Origin: Squalus acanthias
Lineage: Eukaryota
Length of the DNA stretch: 64,000 nt
NCBI GenBank assembly: GCA_030390025.1
Contig: CM059431.1
Coordinates: forward strand, 144,710,001-144,774,000
Direction: 5' to 3'
Shown: in pieces, positions 23,285-36,340 of the stretch
Numbering within the stretch: the stretch's first letter is position 1
Layout: each line of letters starts with the position of its first letter
Translations under genes and position numbers: made by a program
The notes under the pieces: generated by a model
Database searches by the model: none
The model's input: only the letters and a program-made list of their open reading frames with translations
Told to the model about the DNA's origin: nothing

Positions 23285-25580
23285 TTCGTTGCAAACTGCC
23301 GGCGTGACATCGGCCGTCTCGATTTTCTCTGCTCCCCTCGCTCACTCCAACCTACCTCCCTCTGAACTTGCAGCACTCCATTCTCTCAGATCCAACTCCA
23401 GCATTCTCATTAAACCTGCTGACAAGGGTGGTGCTGTTGTTGTTTGGTGAACTGACCGCTACCTAGCGGAGGCTGAACGGCAACTCTCCGACACCTCCTC
23501 CTACCTCCGCCTGGACCATGACCCTACTACCGAACATCAAGCCATCGTTTCCAAGACTGTCACTGTCCTCATCTCCTCTGGAGATCTTCCCTCCACAGCC
23601 GCCAACCTCATAGTTTCCCAACCCCGCACAGCCCGCTTCTACCTCCTCCCCAAATCCACAAACAGGACTGCCCTGGTAGAACCATCGTTTCAGCCTGTTC
23701 TTGGCCCACGGAACTTATCTCTTCCTATCTCGACTCTTTTTTCTCCCCTTGTCCAGTCTCTTCACACCTACATCCGCGACACTTCCAACGCCCTCCACCA
23801 CTTTAACAGTTTCCAGTTTCCTGGCCCCAAACGCCTCCTTTTCACTATGGGCGTCCAATCCCTCTACACCTCCATCCCCCACCAGGATGGCCTGAGGGCG
23901 CTCCGCTTCTTCCTTGAACAAAGGCCCAACCAGTCCCCATCCACCACCACCCTCCTCCACCTGACTGAACTTGTTCTCACGTTGAACAACTTCTCCTTTG
24001 ACTCCACTAACTTCCTCCAAATTAATGGTGTTGCTATGGGAACCCGCATGGGTCCTAGCTATGCCTGCCTTTTTGTGGGATATGTGGAACATTCTTTGTT
24101 CCAGTCCTACTCGGGTCCCCTCCCTCACCTCTTTTTCCGGTACATTGATGACTGTATCGGTGCCGTTTCCTGCTCTCGCCCTGAACTAGATCATTTCATT
24201 CACTTTGTTTCCAATTTCCACCCTTCCCTCACCTTCACATGGTCCATCTCCGACTCTTCCCTTCCCTTCCTCGACTTCTCTACTGCATCTCTGGGGATAG
24301 GCTATTGACAAACATTCACTACAAGCCCACTGACTCCCACAGCTACCTGGACTGCACTTCCTGCCAACCCACTTCCTGTAACGACTCTATTCCATTCTCC
24401 CAGTTTCTCTGTCTCCACCGCATCTGCTCTGACGATGCCACCTTCCATACTAGTGTTTCTGACATGTCTTCCTTTTTCCTAACTGAGGATTCCCCTCTAC
24501 CGTGGTTGACACAGCTCTTGACCGTGTCCATTCTATTTCCCGCACCTCTACTCTCACCCCTACCTCTCCCTCCCGGAACCACAATATGCTTTCCTTTGTC
24601 CTCACCTTTCACCCCACCAGCCTCCACATTCAACGGATCATTTTCCGCCACCTCCAGCGTGATCCCAGCACCAAACACATCTTCCCCTCACCTCCCCTTT
24701 CAGCGTTCCGAAGGGACTGCTCCCTCCACGACACCCTGGTCCACTCCTCTCTCACCCCCAACATACCTTCTGCTTCCCACGGCACCTTCCCGTGCAAGCG
24801 CAGGAGATGCAACACCTGCTCTTTTACCTCCACCCTTCCCACTGTCCAGGGCCCCAAACACTCCTTCCAGGTAAAACAGCGATTTACTTGTTGTACTTGC
24901 AATTTAGTATACTGTATTCGCTGCTCATGATGCGGTCTCCTACATTGGGGACAGCAAACGCAGATTGGGTGACTGCTTTGCAGAACACCTCCGTTCAGTC
25001 CATAAGGATGACCCTGAGCTTCCGGTCGCCTGTCACTTTAATTCTCCGCTCCAGTCCCACTCTGACCTCTTTGTCCTCAGCCTCTTACACTGTTGCTATG
25101 AAGCTCAACGTAAGCTCGAGGAACAGCACCTCATCTTTCGATTAGGCACTTTACATCCTTCTGGACTCAACATCGAGTTCAACAATTTCAGTCCATAACC
25201 TCTGTCCATATCATTTTTTTCTCTCTCTCACATGGCAGCGGTTGATGATTCTGCCATTGCCATTTACACTTCATCTCGAGTCATCTTTTGTTTCTTAACT
25301 TGTCCCAATACCATCTCTTTTTGCCTTGCACCATCATCCCTTTTGTCTTTTAATCTCTCCTGCCTTCCATCCTATTACAGACCTTTCCTTTTGTTCTTTC
25401 ATCTCCTCCCCCCACTCCCTGCCTCTACACTTGCTTAAAAACCTGTTCCATCTCCAACTTTTTCCAGTTCTGACGAAGGGTCATCGACCTGAAACGTTAA
25501 CTCTGATTCTCTCTCTCCAGATTCTGTCCGACCTGCTGAGTATTTCCAGCATTTTCTGTTTTTATTTTAAATTTGCAGAT
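23285..25580 (+). mobile_element. Penelope-like retroelement (RT and GIY-YIG), 5'-truncated and frameshifted
   Basis: IKPADKGGAVVVW, SLYTSIP, GVAMGTRMGPSYA, FFRYIDD, FLDF, YKPTD, then C..C and VYCIRCS endonuclease motifs. Confidence 0.93.
25466..25502 (+). ncRNA. Putative minimal hammerhead ribozyme in the Penelope 3' region
   Basis: AGUU-CUGACGA-A-GGGUC-AUC-GACCU-GAA-ACGU-U-AACU; same fold as the copy at 19985-20021. Confidence 0.65.
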
Positions 25581-26289
25581 GTTGTCATTACTCCAGTGGT
25601 TTATCCAGCTGTTCATGTGACTGGCCTTTGCTGCCAGTGGACATCACTGACCGGGATAAAACATCAAACTCCCAGTGGTTAGTCTGTCTAATACAGCGAT
25701 TAATCAGCAGAGAAAATTAATTTATTGCAGCTTCCCTGGATGACTCAAATGGATGATGTACCAGTGAGTGTTTAGCCATAGGCCTAGATATTCGGTCGCG
25801 CACTCCCGGTTATCGAGCTCCTGCGGCCAATATTGTGGGCAGGAAGCGCACTCACATTTCCAGCCTGAATTGTGGATCGGGCATTGCTGTGCTGACGGGA
25901 GATCACACCAGTATAATATAAGAGTGAATATATTATGTAAATAAGGGTCCAGTGCTTCCTGCTGGACCCTTTCCCGCTTTGGGTATGCTGCACCATCTCA
26001 CACCACGTGCTGAATCCGCCCAGCAACACCTGACGCAAACCGGCAGGAAGGACCCCTGACCAGCGCTATTGAAAGGAATCATGGGGAACTTACAGTTTGG
26101 TAATTGCCTTGTCGGTTCAGGCAGCTGCTTAACTTCTGGGCGTTTCTTGCTGTGTTTTATCATTCTGGAAATTTTGCTTTGTCTAAAAAGAGCAAGATGC
26201 TGCTGATCTTGCACTGATGTTGACACACTCATAGATAGTTTGACTGCAGTCATGAGTGGTGTCATAGGACTGCCTTTGGGACTGAAGAA

Positions 26290-26465
26290 GGAGAGGGAGT
26301 AGCGGGGAATAGAGCAGAGAACAGCGAGGGAGAGAGCAGAGGGCGGCGGGGAATAGAGCAGAGAACAGCGAGGAATAGAGCAGAGAACAGCGGGGAATAG
26401 AGCAGAGAACGGCAGCGAGGAATAGAGCAGAGAACGGCGGGGAATACAGCAGAGATCAAGAACAG
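26290..26465. repeat. Short purine-rich minisatellite (about 22-25 bp, GGGGAATAGAGCAGAGAACAGC), about 7 copies
   Basis: Visible tandem gaatagagcagagaac units. Confidence 0.85.
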
Positions 26466-26714
26466 CTGACACAGGAGGGATCCGGAGAGGCACTCCGCAG
26501 AAGGCCATGCCCACAGCGAGTATTCGGGGGCCCTTTCCCCGACATTAAATGGAACCTGGATATGTACATGATGGAAAAGAAACAGATAGATATGCTGATA
26601 GTGTGAGATGGTCCGGTGGGATGAGGCTCGTGCGGAGCAGATACACCGGCACAGACCTATTCGGCTCTATTGCCTGTTTCAGTGCTATAAACTCAATGGT
26701 AATTCTATGTAGCG

Positions 26715-27530
26715 TCACTGAGGCACCTTCACTTCACCAAGGGGGCAGTCATCGAGCTATGTCACCTGCTGCAGACACAAGTCCAGCAAGGACTGCACTA
26801 CCTGTGGCCATCAAAGTCATCATGGCCCTTAACTTCAAAACCATGGGCACCTTTCAGGCTGCAGCAGGTGACACCAGTGATCTATCAGAGTTAGCAGTCC
26901 ACTGCTGTATCAGGGAGGTCCCTGAGGCTCTCTGTACCAGGATGAACACCTATATGTTTGTCCATATGGAGAGAGTGAAGTAGGATGAGCGAGCACTAGG
27001 CTGCGTCCACATGACAGGCTTTCCCAGGGTGCAAGGTACCATAGACAGCCGCTACCTTGCCTTGAGTGCTCCCCATCACCAACCTGGCATGTTGATCAAT
27101 CGTAAGGGAGTCCACTCCCTCAACGCATAGTTGGTTAGTGACCACAGGCAACACGTCATACGGACCTGTTCCCATTATCCTGGGAGCAGTTATGACTCAT
27201 TCATCCTGCGCCAGTCCTCTGTGAAACCTCTATTCAAGCCAGGCCCTCAAGTTTCAGGCTGGTGCTTGTCGACAAGGACTAATCCCTCTAGACAGGGCTC
27301 ACTACTGTCAGGGACCCAAGCACAGCTGCAGATCTGGCCTACCATGAGAGTCATGCCGTCGTGAGAAACCTCACAGACCAAACAATCGAGCACTACCACT
27401 TCCCTAAGCTAGTGTTCAGATTTGTGGTCGTCTGCTGCATTTTGCAAATCATTGCCATCGTGAAGAGCAACGAGAAGTACTCAAGAAACAAGTGGAGCAG
27501 GAAGAGCGGAATGAGGAGGAGAGGCATCGA
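26715..27530 (+). mobile_element. PIF/Harbinger transposase (HARBI1-like) relic
   Basis: ALPVAIKVIMALNF..GTFQAAAGD...VHCCIREV.EAL; GFPRVQGTID; NRKGVHSLN; YPGSSYDSFIL; contains stops. Confidence 0.85.
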
Positions 27531-27829
27531 TCACAGTGCCCCGAGCTGAGTCAGCTCTCCGAGATCAGTTCATCGAAGAGCGCTTCCTCTAAATCATCAC
27601 TCCCATTCCCAATACCCCAAATGTCCCACAATCCTTACCACCGTGCTTACTGCCACCATCCTGTGGCCTTCCTTCAGTCCAGCCTACTGGGACCGGCCCT
27701 CACTCCACTACAAAGATCAACACCAACACCAAATTCAGAACAATAAACACTTTCATCAAACAATGCAAGTGCATCTCAATGTAATAGTTAACAGATATCA
27801 TTAAGAATCAACCTTGTGCCAGCTCTTTG

Positions 27830-29275
27830 GCCGGAATTTTGCCAGCGCTCAGAGTGCGGGTTTGGAGGCGGGTCCACAGTCAAAAGTACAAAGATTGACA
27901 GCGGGTCGGTATCCCGCTGTAAACCCGCCTCCTTGTCAGTTTCCCAAGTGTCGGATCGGTCATCCCTGAACAGACCCGACACCAAGCGGCGGGTCAGCCA
28001 ATTTAAATACTTAAAAGCTTGTTGAAAGGTATTTAAGCATCATTTCCCCATGTACTTACCATTTGACCAGGTTTTAACGAGGTTCCCGGAGAGCGGGTAT
28101 TACGTCAGGTAAGTATGTCGTGTTCTCAATGACTCTCCATTGCTGAGTAGGTGACAGATGCCAAAGTGGTCTAAAACCTAGCATTTTACAGCTGTTCATT
28201 TCCCAAAATTAGAAGCTGGAGCCTTCATGATTTGGAACCCACTTTTGCGCTTTATGCAGTTAGGAAGTGTTTGGAGTAAACTCTCTATCCACTGTCACCT
28301 CCTTGGAGCAACCTCTCTCACCATTAACAGATCGCTTCTGTCATCTCAACTTCAGCTGCCATCTATTCCAGCAGCATCGGTACCCTTGAAAAAATCTCAC
28401 CTTGGTCCTCAGAATCCCACCACGATCAGCAGCACCAGGCACACCAGCATCACCAACAACAGCATCAACCTGCTCCGCAATAACCTGATGCTGCACAGGA
28501 CACAGAGCATCAGTACCCGAGCACATAGATGCTAGGGATGGACTCACCATGGCCAGATGTACTACACTTAACACTGTACACCCTGACTACCACATGATGT
28601 GCCAGGTTGGCACTACCACACACCAGCACTATTAAACGTCTCTACAATGCCCAAGCCATTCCATTCACACTCATCAGTATTGTGGGGGTTCCCATTATAT
28701 CTGACCATTCACTGCAACTCACTAAGCCAATTCCAAAGGTGCAGACAATTCTGTCCAAGAACGCAATGTTTTGAAAATAAAGATGTCAATGTTTCACAGC
28801 ACATCAACACAAACTTCACATGAATATTGGCTAAAACACCCAAGTGCCTACCCTTGTGTGTTCTTATTTGGTATGCTTGCAGTAGGTTGAGGGTGAGTGT
28901 GAGGGGTGGCTAGTGAGATGCAGATAGTGTAGATAGAGAGGGATGGGTGGAGGTGCAAGCTAAGTTGGTGTGAGTAAGGATTAGCAGGAGTAGGATAGGG
29001 AAGGCAGATGGTTGGGGATTTGATGAGTGGCACAGCAGGATGAGGTTGAGTGTGCGTTGCAGTAACTTTTCGTAATCTACTGAGATCATTGAAAGGTTTG
29101 TGCCGCTGCAGCCTGGTCCTCCTGACGACATCCCTGCTTGTGCCCTCCTATGCAGTGTGCAAACAGGCTGCATTGGCGTCCTGGGGAGGTGTCTTCCATC
29201 CATTGGAAGAGAAGGGAACCTCCCTGCGTGCTGTGACTCCCTCCATAAGCATATGGAGGGAGTCATGAGCGAGCC
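27830..29275 (-). mobile_element. Harbinger-associated element copy A with decayed Myb/SANT-like ORF
   Basis: Minus strand SLHMLMEGVTARREVPFSSNGWKTPP...A*EGTSRDVVRRTRLQRHKPFNDL; 28190-29270 is collinear with 36340-37095 plus 39671-40010. Confidence 0.7.
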
Positions 29276-30222
29276 TGGATATTGGAATAAAAAGTAGAAT
29301 TTCTAAATTTGCCGATGGCACCAAACTTGGGGGTGTGGGAAACAGTGAGGATGATACCAATTGACGGCAACAGGATATAGAAAGGCTAGCAGACTGGGCA
29401 GACAAGTGGCAGATGGAATTTAAAACAGAGAAGTGTGAGGTGATGCATTTTGGCATCAGGAAAGGGAGAGGCAATATACACATGATGGCACAGTTTTAAA
29501 GAGTGTTCAGGGACAGAGGGCCCTAGGAGTTAATGTGCATAGGTCCGTGAAGGTGGCAGGACATATTGAGAGAGTGGTTAGCAAAGCATATGGGATCTAG
29601 AGCTTCATAAATAGAGGTATTGAGTACAAAAGTAGAGAAGTTATGCTGAACCTTTATAAAGCGCTGGTTAGGCCACAACTGGAGTATTGCGTCCAGTTCT
29701 GGTCACCGCACGTTAGGAAGGATGCGAAGGCCCTTGAGAGGATGCAGAGGAGATTTACCAGCATGGTTCCGGCGATGGGGGATCTTAACTACAAGGACAG
29801 GTTGGAGAAGCTGGATTTGTTTTCAATAGAGCAAAGGAGGTTGAGGGGTGATTTGATAGAGGTGTACAAGATTATGACGGGTTTGGATAGGCTAGACGGG
29901 GAAAGGCTGCTCCCACTAGTTGATGGTACAAGGATTAGGGGACACAGATTTAAGGTTTTGTGCAAGAGATACAGGGGGGATGTGAGGAAAAACGTTTTTA
30001 CGCAGCGAGTGGTGAGGACCTGGAACTCGCTGCCGACGGAAGTGGTAGAAGCGGACACACCCAATGTTTTCAAAGGGAGACTGGATAGGCACTTGGTGGA
30101 AATAAACTTGCAGGGCTACGGGGTTAGAGCGGGGTAATGGGACTGACTCGATTGCTCTGCAGAGAGCCGGCACGGATTCGATGGGCCGAATGGTCTCCTA
30201 CTGTGGCGTTATGACTATGATT
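29276..30222 (+). mobile_element. 5'-truncated CR1 LINE
   Basis: SKFADGTKLG, WQMEF; ORF 29643-30137 LYKALVRPQLEYCVQFWSP...WNSLP; CR1 tail ending atgactatga. Confidence 0.93.
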
Positions 30223-30224
30223 CA

Positions 30225-31330
30225 TCCAATCGTAGCAAGAGAATCGAATCTCCTGCACTTTCTCCTCTACCCGCTCTCGCACTGTTACCTCTGGTATCCC
30301 CCAAGGATCTATCCTTGACCCCCTCCTGTTTATCATCTACATTCTGCCCCTTGGCGACATCATCCGAAAACACAATGTCAGATTCCACTGAAGAGACCAG
30401 CTCTACCGCACCACCATCTCTCTCAGGCCCTCCACTGTCTCTGATGCGTCACGCAGCTTGTCCGACATCCAGTAGTAGGCTGAGCAAACACTTCCTCCTG
30501 TTAAATATTGGGCAGACCAAAGACATTATCTTTGTTCTCGGCCACAAACTCCATTCCCGAGCCACGGACTCCATCCCTCTCCCGGCAGCTGTGTGAGTCT
30601 GAACCAGACTGTTTGCAACCAATGCATCCTATTAGATCCTGAGCTGACCTTTCGCTCCCATACCCTCTCCATCAACAAGGCCACCTACTTCCAACTCCGT
30701 AACATTCACTGTCTGTGCCCCTGCCTCAGCCCATCTAATGCTGAAATCCTCATCTATTCCTTTGTTATCTCCAGTCTCAATTATTCCAACACGCTAAGGC
30801 TTGTCAACCAAGCACGTTCCATCCTCTGTAAATTTGAGCCTATCTAAAAGTCTGCTGCTCCTATCGGAACTCGCACCAAGTCCCGTTCACCCATGGGCTC
30901 ACTGACCTACACCGGCTCCCGGTCTCGCAGAGTCTTGATTTTGAAATTATCATCCTTGTTTTCAATCCCTCCATGAACTCATCCATCCCTATCTCTGCAA
31001 TCTTCTCCAGGCCTACAACCCTCCGAGATCTCCGCACTCCTCAATTTTGAACTTTGTGCATCCCTGATTTTCACTCCTCCACTTTTGGCGGCTGTGTTCA
31101 CAGCAGCCTCGACCCTGAACTCTGGAATTCCCTCTCCAACCCTATCCGCCTCTACTTATCGCCTGTTCACTCCTAAAATTCTACCTCTTTGACCAGGCTT
31201 TTGGTCACCCGTTCTAATATCTCTTTATTTGGCTCGGTGTTTCATTTTATCTGATTACGCTCCTGCTGATTCTCTCGGGACGTTATTACTAAATTAAAGG
31301 GGCTATGTCAATTCAAGTTGTTGTTGTTAA
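30225..31330 (+). mobile_element. 5'-truncated, decayed L2 LINE
   Basis: ggtatcccccaaggatctatcctt (GIPQGSIL), LNIGQTK, LDPELTF..H, ISSLNYSN; (TTG)n tail. Confidence 0.88.
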
Positions 31331-31439
31331 TCCCCTTTTTACCTTCACAATAACATTAACATTTCCCTGTGACATGTTAACCGGAAATGTGTAGAATTTC
31401 CCAAGAGCTCACCCAAGACTTGATCAAATAATTGGGGAA

Positions 31440-31893
31440 CATCAGTACATTGTGAGTCTGTCCCTCTCTCAATCCTGCCCAATCAGTACATTGTGAGCCT
31501 GTCCCTCTCTCAGTGCTTGTCAATCAGTACATTGTGAGCCTGTCCCACTCTCAGTGCTCCAATCAGTACATTGTGAGCCTGTCCCTCTCTCAGTGCTTCC
31601 CAATCAGTACAATGTGAGTCTGTCCCTCTCTCAGTGCTGCCCAATCAGTACATTGTGAGCCTGTCCCTCTCTCAGTGCTGTCCAATCAGTACATTGTGAG
31701 TCTGTCCCTCTCTCAGTGCTGCCCAATCAGTACATTGTGAGCCTGTCCCCCTCTCAGTGCTGCCCAATCAGTACATTGTGAGTCTGTCCCTCTCTCAGTG
31801 CTGCCCAATCAGTACATTGTGAGCCTGTCCCTCTCTCAGTGCTGCCCAATCAGTACATTGTGAGCCTTTCCCTCTCTCTCAGTGCTGCCCAAT
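31440..31893. repeat. 41-bp minisatellite AATCAGTACATTGTGAGCCTGTCCCTCTCTCAGTGCTGCCC, 11 copies
   Basis: Units start at 31643, 31684, 31725, 31766, 31807 and 31848 (period 41). Confidence 0.97.
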
Positions 31894-32299
31894 TCCCGAT
31901 TTGCTATTTGTACAAAAGCTCAGCTCTGCGGGGTGGGAGGTTCAATCATTTATCCATTATAAACACTACAGCCATATAACCAGAATCACCTGTGGATTTG
32001 TATTGAGATGTCTGCAGTATATTGTACGACAGATAGTATTCACCATCAGAGGGAACATTTCACCTTCACCCAGCTCGCCATGTTAAGTAAATATTAGTGT
32101 CCCATGTAGATTTGAAACTTCTCTCAGAAATTTGCTGTCAATCAAGATTCACATGAACTGTTTTAGTTTTCTAACTGTTTACGATTAAAATTTTGAAATA
32201 AATCTTGTTACATTTTACTGAAAAGCAGTGCAGTATATCGAAGCTTTGTTTGACAATATAACTAACATTGAAACCACTTTTTGTCTGTTCTAACTGAAG

Positions 32300-34037
32300 A
32301 TTTTCAACAGAAACATAGGGAAACACTCCGGGTACAAACTGAAACACTGAGAGTGAACACTATCCTAATAAAGGAGAAGGTTAAGGTTTTCCAGCTGGTT
32401 GATCGATACGCTGAGCTAACGGTCATTTCTACTGTTCGAGATCGGACACTTGTAGAACATGAACTGCTGGCAAGAGGCCGAGACCATGAAGAGTGGAGAG
32501 AGAAACATCTCCGGAGAGAACTGGAAAAAATCCGAACTGATCAATTGTTCCACAGCAGTTTTTCCCGGAGAAAATCCAAATCTGGGAGTTCAGGAGCAGT
32601 GAGCGGAGTCCCGGGGATTGGAAAAACAACAATGGTACAAAAGATTGTTCATGACTGGGCCACTGGGAAAATATACCCACACTTTCAATTTGTTTTCAGC
32701 TTTAAATTCCGGGATTTGAACGCTATTAACTGTAGAATAAACCTGACGAATCTGATACTGGATCAGTATCCTTACTTTGGGAATATTCTGGGAGAGCTCT
32801 GGAAGAACCCAGAGGGATTGCTGTTTATATTCGATGGTTTGGATGAATTCAAGGACAGTATCGATTTTGCTGACAATCGGAGAAATACAGAACCTCAGTT
32901 CATATGCACAGATCCCGAAGACTGGTGTGAAGTGTCTGACATTGTGTACAGTTTAATACAGCACAAGCTGCTCCCAGGATGTTCAGTGCTAGTGACCAGC
33001 CGCCCCACTGCATTACATTTATTGGAAAAGGCTGAGATCAGTGTCTGGGCTGAAATCCTGGGATTTGTTGGTGAAGAACGGAAGGAATATTTCAACAAGT
33101 TTTTTGAAGATCAGACGGTGGCAGCAGCTGTTTTCAAACACGTGGAGGAGAACGAGATCCTGTACACCATGTGCTACAACCCTTCCTACTGCTGGATCCT
33201 CGGCCTCTCACTGGGCCCCTTCTTTACACAAGGAGACAGGGAACAGCAGTGACTTCCCAGGACAATCACCCAACTATATTCCTACTATATTTACAACATT
33301 CTGAAAAACCATGGCCGAGAGATTGAAAGCCCCCGTGATGTGTTACTGAAGCTTGGTGAGATGGCCTTCACAGGAGTCTCCGAGAAGAAGATTGTGTTTA
33401 GAAATGGAGATTTGATCAAGTACAATCTGCAACCTTCCCAGTTCCTGTCTGGGTTCATGATGGAACTTCTGGAGAGAGATGATTCTGCCCAGAGCGTGGT
33501 GTACACATTCCCGCACCTCACCATCCAAGAGTTTGTAGCCGCACTCGCACAATTCCTGACTCCAGATCCCGGGGACATCCTGAAACTCCTCAGAAAATCC
33601 CACTGCAAGGAAGATGGGCGATTTGAGATATTTCTCCGTTTTGTTGCTGGTCTCTCCTCCCCACAGTCAGCTCGGCCCCTGGAGGAGTTTCTGGGTCAAT
33701 TTCTTCATCAAACCACCTGCCGAGTGATTGACTGGGTAAAGGAGAAGATTGAGGGAAAGATTGGAGACACGAAGAGTGAAACTGATAAAAGGAACCTCCT
33801 GAACACATTCCACTACCTGTTTGAGTCTCAGAATAAAGCACTGACTCGGGCCACAGTGGGGTCTGTGGAAACACTGACATTTAGTGAATTGCCATTGACC
33901 CCGATTGATTGTGCGGTCCTGTCTCATGTCATTAGACTCTGTGATACCATAAAACACCTCGATCTAAAGGACTGCTCCATTCAGTGTGAGGGACTGCAGC
34001 GGCTGGGACCCGTACTGCACAAATGCCGGGTGTTGGG
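32300..34037 (+). pseudogene. NLR exon 5: FISNA-like, NACHT, WHD, HD2 and first LRR; in-frame stop at 33250-33252
   Basis: Walker A GVPGIGKTT, Walker B LLFIFDGLDE, sensor-1 LVTSRP, WHD FPHLTIQEFVAA. ORFs 32281-33252 and 33340-34041 share one frame, separated by TGA. Donor GG|GTAACT at 34038. Confidence 0.95.
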
Positions 34038-35664
34038 GTAACTGTTTATTTGTCTCTAACTGTTGGGCGAATTGTAGAACAGTCACAGATTGTGTTGTTG
34101 TTCCGTAATGAAGGGAAACAAACAGTTCAGTTAAACCAGAGAGAAGCAGATTCAATACTTATATGACCAAAAATAAGAGGATCGGTTAGTAATTCCCTCA
34201 GGACTGGAGAATCTAAACTGGATTCTTGTGAACAAGTAGGGATTTTACAGTCTTTATCAGATCAGCAAATACAGGTCACTGAGAGTCTGATAATTAATTA
34301 CAATAAATCATATTTAATATTTAATAAGGCTGGACAACGGAAGGTAAACATAAAATATAATCCGGCAGTAAAGATAAAATTAAGTTAAAATGTTTTCCAC
34401 ATCCACCATTTCAACTGGATACAGAACAGAAACCCGAGTTTAAATCAGTAACAGTTTGATATTTAGTGCAGGGTGTGTCTTGTCGAGGGGGAAGTTTCCT
34501 GGATTGGGAATATTGGGGAATCGGGATTTCTTTCAGCTGTAAATGTTTAGAATTATTCAAAGTCCTGAACGTTGAGTAAAGATTGATATTCAGGATCTTA
34601 AATCTGCCGGTAAAAAGGTTCCAATCTAACGTGTTGTGGGGAATTAGCCCCTGATTACAGACACACACCGGCCAGCGGTGGGGCCTCGCAGACAGCGGGC
34701 GACTCCTGGGTAAACCGGGGACAGTGAACCCGGAATTCCCCATAATCCGCCCCCTGTGTGTGAGGCCCTGCTCGGGGAGGGAACTTCCGAAAATTCCCCA
34801 AAAACTGTCGGGCCAATTACCCCTGAAATAAATATAGAGCCAGTTTAATGGGGAATAAAGTGAGAGACTCCCCTCCCCTATAAACTAGGAGCACAGGGAC
34901 ATTTAAAACTTGTAACGGGACAGAATAAACCCTCCTTGTTATAAAAAATCCTGGGGGCGGATTTTACAGCAGCAGTTAGCGCCGTTTCACAATATAACTC
35001 ACCCCGAGATATTATACAGATTAATATAATGCACAGAGTATAAAGTACAGGGAACCACCACTTTATCATTTAATTCCAGGAAAATCGCCCCTTTCCCATA
35101 AAATCCAGGATTTAAGGAGCAGCAGAAATGAGACAAGTTTCTCCAAACATGACGGATCTGGTCACTGAGCTCCAGGAGGGTAATTTTGATCATCAGGGAA
35201 CGAGAGCGGACTGAGGGACATTTAAAGGCTTCACACAGACAGCACTTTATTTAATAAGTACATTTACTGACAGTCCCTGAATATATGGGGAGTTGGGCAG
35301 AGTGAGTTTTCTTCCCAGTGACAGGAAGAGGGAAATTTCGCGGGGTTCAGCGGGCGTGATCGGTGGTGGGTGGGGTGGGAAACTGGATTTTTCCCCAGCG
35401 GGTCGGGTCCCCGCTGTCAACCATCCGCCATGCGCCTTTCCCAAATGTCGGGTCTGTCAGCGCTGAGCAGACCCGATATGCAGCGGCGGGGGAGCTAATT
35501 CAGGTCATTATGACCTTGATAACAGAGGATTAACAACTATTTTCAGTTCACCTTCAGAGTTTTCCAGGTCGCCCACGGGCTTCACGCTGCTCGGGGATCA
35601 CATCAGGTAAACAGGGCGGGAGTTGAATGGCCATGGATTATCTCATTATTGACAGCTGGAATCA

Positions 35665-36340
35665 AGAACGTAAGAGCATAAGAAATAGGAGCAGGAGTAG
35701 GCCATTTGACCCTTCGAGCCTGCTCCCCCATTCAATGAGATCATGGCTGATCTTCTACCTTATCTCCACTTGCCTGAACTATCCCCATATTCCTTGATGA
35801 CCTTAATATTCAAAAATCTATCGTTCTCTGTCTTGAATATATTCAATGACTGAGCCTCCACAGCCCTCTGGGGTAGAGAATTCCAAAGTTTCACACCCCT
35901 CTGAGTGACGACATTTCTCCTCATCTCAGTCCTAAATAGCTGACCCCTTATTCTGAGACTGTGACCCCTGGTTCTAGATTCCCCAGCCTTGGGAAACATC
36001 CTCCCTACATCTACCCTCTCAAGCTCTAAGAATTTTGTATGTTTCAATGAGATCACCTCTCATTCTTCTAAAATCTAGAGAATATAGGCTTAGTCTACTC
36101 AATCTGTCCTGATAGGACAATCCCCGCATCCCAGGAGCAGTCTGGTGAACCTTCATTGCGCTCCCTCTCTGGCAAGTATATCCTTCTTTAGGTAAGGAGA
36201 CCAAAACTGTACACAATACTCCAGGTGTGGTCTCACCAGGGCCTTATATAATTGCAGTAAGACATCTTTACTCTTGTACTCAAATCCTCTTGTAATAAAG
36301 GCAAACATACCATTTGCTTTCCTAATTGCTTGCTGTTCCT
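35665..36340 (-). mobile_element. 5'-truncated CR1 LINE
   Basis: LYKALVRPHLEYCVQFWSPYLKKD, MRGDLIETYKIL, LWNSLPQRAVEA; taagagcataaga tail. Confidence 0.92.

Noticed and set aside
25933..26514. 193-aa minus-strand ORF
   Set aside because: Low-complexity frame running through a minisatellite, with no domain motif.
33250..33252. TGA as selenocysteine
   Set aside because: No SECIS recognised, NLRs are not known selenoproteins, and other disabling lesions exist.
32281..34041. Two separate NACHT ORFs, or assigning the symbol NLRP3
   Set aside because: They are one exon split by a stop. Orthology to NLRP3 is unsupported because no PYD is evident and no phylogeny was run.
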